Shown here: positions 60,856 to 64,000 of the stretch, in pieces
Position numbering within the stretch: position 1 is the stretch's first letter
How the letters are laid out: the number at the start of each line of letters is the position of its first letter
NCBI GenBank assembly: GCA_047601445.1
Contig: JASGJH010000001.1
Coordinates: 5,504,001-5,568,000, forward strand
From: Myxococcales bacterium
Lineage (GTDB): Bacteria > Myxococcota_A > Polyangia > Polyangiales > DASUME01
DNA length: 64,000 nt
Direction of reading: 5' to 3'
Program-made: the position numbers and the translations under genes
The notes under the pieces: generated by a model
Database searches by the model: none
What the model saw: only the letters and a program-made list of their open reading frames with translations
What the model was told of the DNA's origin: nothing

Positions 60856-63800
60856 TCACAGCCCTCCAAACACGTCAATGACGACCTTGGGTTCGACTTT
60901 CATACCTGTAACGATGTTCTCGACCCAATGGGTGGCAAACGTTGTTCCATCCGCAGCGCGGAAACCCGAGCTACTCATCTTCACCCAGTCGGCAGGATTC
61001 CCGCCGTACGTCTGAGCGACTCGGCCTGCGTCACGAAACGTGGCACGTGACCCCGCCCCAGCGATACGCGTGCCCGTGCCGGCTGCCATCTCTCCCAGCT
61101 GCGCTTCGCTCGCGAGCTGCTTGGAGAGCGCTATCGCCGACTTCTCGGTGGTAGCAACATACTTCGCGCCACTCCCTGCTCCCCCCGTGGCGACCTCGGC
61201 CTCTGTAGCCACCATGCTCTCTGCCGCAGCGGCTAAGGCGCCTGCATAGAGAAAGATAGCTCTCACGATGTTCATCGGATTGTGAGCATCCTCGTAGAGG
61301 CTCAGCTTGACGAAACTGGCTGGACGAGAGAGGGCGAGCTCACCGTAGTGGAGAAGCGCTAGCAAGTCTCCCTCATTCGTGTACGCGTCGGTCAGCCGCA
61401 CCATGTGCTCATACTGCTCGGCCGTGCTTAGGCTATCAAAGGCCTCGAGATAGTTGCCTTCCCTCAACTCGGCGCCGTTGTTGAGCCGGAGCCTGCCAGC
61501 ATCGGTCGGCGTGGCCACGGCCGACGGGGCCGGTGGCACCGCCATGGTCATGCTCGTCGGCAGCGGCGAGAACATAATGCCAATAGTGTTGCTGCCGCTG
61601 CTGCCACTTCCTTTCGACGCATCCTTGCAGGAGTCGACGTTCGTTCTCGCATCCGACTGATAGCTGTAGTACTGGACGCACTCGAAGCCGCTCGGATCGA
61701 CACCGGCCAGCGGTGAGTTCATGATGTAGCTATAGGGATTCCAGCTCTGGAGATTGAGCGGGTTCTGTACGATGGGATCCGGCGTCAAGAAGCGGCCGAG
61801 CATCGGATCATAGACGCGACCGCGCATGTTGATCAGGCCCAGCTCTCGATCCTGCTCATGGCCCGTGAAGCCCGCGCGTACAGCCCCTGGAGTGCCCGAG
61901 CGGATCTCCTCGCCGAAGGGCTGATAGCGCCGCGTCTCAAGGGGATCTCCATCGCTATCTCGGGTCATCCGGACGGATCCGAGCCGATCGAGAAAGTGGT
62001 ACTCGAGATCACGCACGCCGCCCGCTTTGAGGTTTACGGTCACCAGCGGGCCATCAGGAGTATCAATCGTCGCCACGTGCTCCTCGGCACCTCCGGCGAT
62101 CGTGCGGCGACGATAGGCCTCGCCGACGTAGATCGTCGCCTCAACCCCCTCGATCACGTGCTTCAGCCGGCGCAATTGGCCATCGTAGGCGTACTTGTGC
62201 ACAGCCTCCGGAAGGGCCTCCGGCCCCACATCGACCCTGCTTGGAAGGTCGAACGATGTGTAGGAGATCCTTTGCTCGTCTCCAACGACGTCTGGCCCAG
62301 ACCGATATGTCTGATTCCCGTTGTCATCGTAGTGAAAGTCGCCTCCGTTGGCCGTGGTGCGAGCCGCATGCGGCTTGTCGAGCGGCGTATTGGCTGGCGC
62401 GTAGACGATCGATCCGGTGTTCGGAGAAAGGACCAGATTTCCGAGATCATCGTAGTCATAGGTGTGAGTGGACTCGACGGTGGTCCCTTGACGCGTGATG
62501 TGCTGCGTTAGGCGCCCGGCATCATCGTAGTTGAACTCCTCGTTCTTGACACTTCCGCTCCGTAGGTGAGGCAGCCCTCGTGAGTTCAGCGTGACCTCGT
62601 CCCAGTCAAGTACCTGGCTTCCGTCCAGCAAGCGGCTGGTCGTTGGAAGACCTGCGCGTAGGTCCATCTCCCTCACCACGGTTAGCCCGTTGCCCAGCTT
62701 CACCTGGCTTGCTGTCCCGTAGGCATCCACAGCCTCGACTTCCCAGAACGCAGGCGCACTCGGCGCGTCTGCGTCCCAGACCTTGCTGACTCGGCCGAAC
62801 GCGGTCCGGTCGTACCGAACGCGGAGAGGCCGATCAGAAGGTGAAGGATACGAGACCTGATTCACGCGACCAAGGCCATCGAAGCTGTACTGCGTCGTGA
62901 ATTGTTCGACTCCGATGGTGACTTCCTGCGACGAAAGCGAGCTGCTCGGTCCGTAGTAGTAGAGGTTTTTCGTGCTGTTCTCCATCGCGGGCGAGACGAC
63001 CGACTCGCGCAATAGCTTGCCGACGTCCCGTGGGTCGAAATGGACCCCATCGAGAGTGTCATAGGTCCAGGTAATGTCGCCTTCATCACCAGGCAGCTCG
63101 ACCTTCTCGAGGCGGCCCATCGCATCGTAGTGGCGGATGGTTTCGAGCCCGTTGTGCGTGTAGCTGCGGACTCGACCAAACCCATCTCGTTGATAGATAT
63201 GGGTCCCAGAGTCCGGATGATCGATCTGCGTGAGCTGTCCCATGACATCAAACGTAAAGACCGTAGCGACATTACCCGTGGCCGCACGACGAATCTGGCC
63301 GAGAGCGTTCGGCGTATAGATGGAGACGACGCCCTCCTCATTGATACCTGCCGTCGTCGCGCCCGAGTCACTAATAAAGTCCACTGTAACCCGCCCTTCC
63401 ACTGTCTTTCGGTGCACGAAGACGCCTGGGATGCTGGCCCATTCGGCTGGTGCCGTTCCCTGGGCCTTTCTCCATCCCGAGTAGATTAGATAGTCGTGGA
63501 CTTCAACAAGGGTCGCCGGTTGCCCGTTCTCATTCGTGTAGGGCTGCTCGCTTTGCGTCAATCGACCCAAGTCGTCGTACTGAAAGCGGGCCACGCCGTT
63601 CGTCGGAGCGTATCCGACGTACATGTTCTCAGGCTTGTAAGGACGAGACTCTCCCGCGAGGCGCCCCGCAGCATCGTATCCCTTCAGGACCCATGTCTCA
63701 TCGCCCGGTCTGAAATCCCACGATCGCGTCATCGCGAGCCGCCCGAACGCGTCAAGCTTCCGAACTGTGGTTGGTCTGTTGTTCCCGCTGACCTCGATCT

Positions 63801-64000
63801 GAAGCGGCAAAGCCGGTCCGACTGTATTCTCGCCCGAGACGATCGAGATCGACTGCACCCCTCCCAAACTGTCGCGGACCTCGTGCAAACCGCCGAAGCG
63901 ATCGCGGTTGTAAACGAGCCACGATCCGTCCTGGCCCTGTGACCATAAAACGTTGCCCTCAGCGTCATAGGCCAGACGGGTGCCGGGCATCCCAAGGCCT
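60856..64000 (-). CDS. RHS repeat-associated core protein with C-terminal toxin (5' truncated by the window edge)
   Basis: YD repeats; 'GFTGHEQD...RVYDP.LGRFLTPDP...DPSGF'; frame stays open to the edge. Confidence 0.92.
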   Translation of the reverse strand, partial: GLGMPGTRLAYDAEGNVLWSQGQDGSWLVYNRDRFGGLHEVRDSLGGVQSISIVSGENTVGPALPLQIEVSGNNRPTTVRKLDAFGRLAMTRSWDFRPGDETWVLKGYDAAGRLAGESRPYKPENMYVGYAPTNGVARFQYDDLGRLTQSEQPYTNENGQPATLVEVHDYLIYSGWRKAQGTAPAEWASIPGVFVHRKTVEGRVTVDFISDSGATTAGINEEGVVSIYTPNALGQIRRAATGNVATVFTFDVMGQLTQIDHPDSGTHIYQRDGFGRVRSYTHNGLETIRHYDAMGRLEKVELPGDEGDITWTYDTLDGVHFDPRDVGKLLRESVVSPAMENSTKNLYYYGPSSSLSSQEVTIGVEQFTTQYSFDGLGRVNQVSYPSPSDRPLRVRYDRTAFGRVSKVWDADAPSAPAFWEVEAVDAYGTASQVKLGNGLTVVREMDLRAGLPTTSRLLDGSQVLDWDEVTLNSRGLPHLRSGSVKNEEFNYDDAGRLTQHITRQGTTVESTHTYDYDDLGNLVLSPNTGSIVYAPANTPLDKPHAARTTANGGDFHYDDNGNQTYRSGPDVVGDEQRISYTSFDLPSRVDVGPEALPEAVHKYAYDGQLRRLKHVIEGVEATIYVGEAYRRRTIAGGAEEHVATIDTPDGPLVTVNLKAGGVRDLEYHFLDRLGSVRMTRDSDGDPLETRRYQPFGEEIRSGTPGAVRAGFTGHEQDRELGLINMRGRVYDPMLGRFLTPDPIVQNPLNLQSWNPYSYIMNSPLAGVDPSGFECVQYYSYQSDARTNVDSCKDASKGSGSSGSNTIGIMFSPLPTSMTMAVPPAPSAVATPTDAGRLRLNNGAELREGNYLEAFDSLSTAEQYEHMVRLTDAYTNEGDLLALLHYGELALSRPASFVKLSLYEDAHNPMNIVRAIFLYAGALAAAAESMVATEAEVATGGAGSGAKYVATTEKSAIALSKQLASEAQLGEMAAGTGTRIAGAGSRATFRDAGRVAQTYGGNPADWVKMSSSGFRAADGTTFATHWVENIVTGMKVEPKVVIDVFGGL

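Overview
High-GC bacterial DNA. The gene content points to Myxococcota, probably Polyangiales (inference): a giant Ser/Thr kinase-AAA-TPR protein, a MYXO-CTERM-like anchor, Cys-rich vWA lipoproteins and DxDCDG repeats. Bases 1-44,300 are mostly ordinary chromosome: LysR, OmpA, TRAP DctQM, kinase, APC permease, a ligase-less LigD, RRM protein, GT2, gltX, an M16 peptidase pair, acyl-CoA synthetase, epimerase, a diheme peroxidase/metallophosphoesterase/cytochrome c triad, NlpC/P60 and YsnF stress proteins. Bases 44,300-64,000 form a polymorphic-toxin hotspot. (i) An ~11.4 kb cassette is bounded by an ~80 bp direct repeat (40 bp identical core) that duplicates the 3' end of a protein-coding gene. 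It has no integrase and carries a ~3,300 aa signal-peptide-bearing PLAT/Cys-repeat/SpvB/RHS protein with an ADP-ribosyltransferase-like tip, plus a small putative immunity gene. (ii) An orphan barnase-type RNase remnant with barstar is cut by IS256/IS66 debris. (iii) A second RHS toxin-immunity pair runs off the window end. Also notable is an 80-aa signal-plus-anchor mini-paralog duplicated together with a sigma54-type promoter. I recognised no tRNA, rRNA or CRISPR array. All family assignments come from motif recognition by eye, not from database searches.
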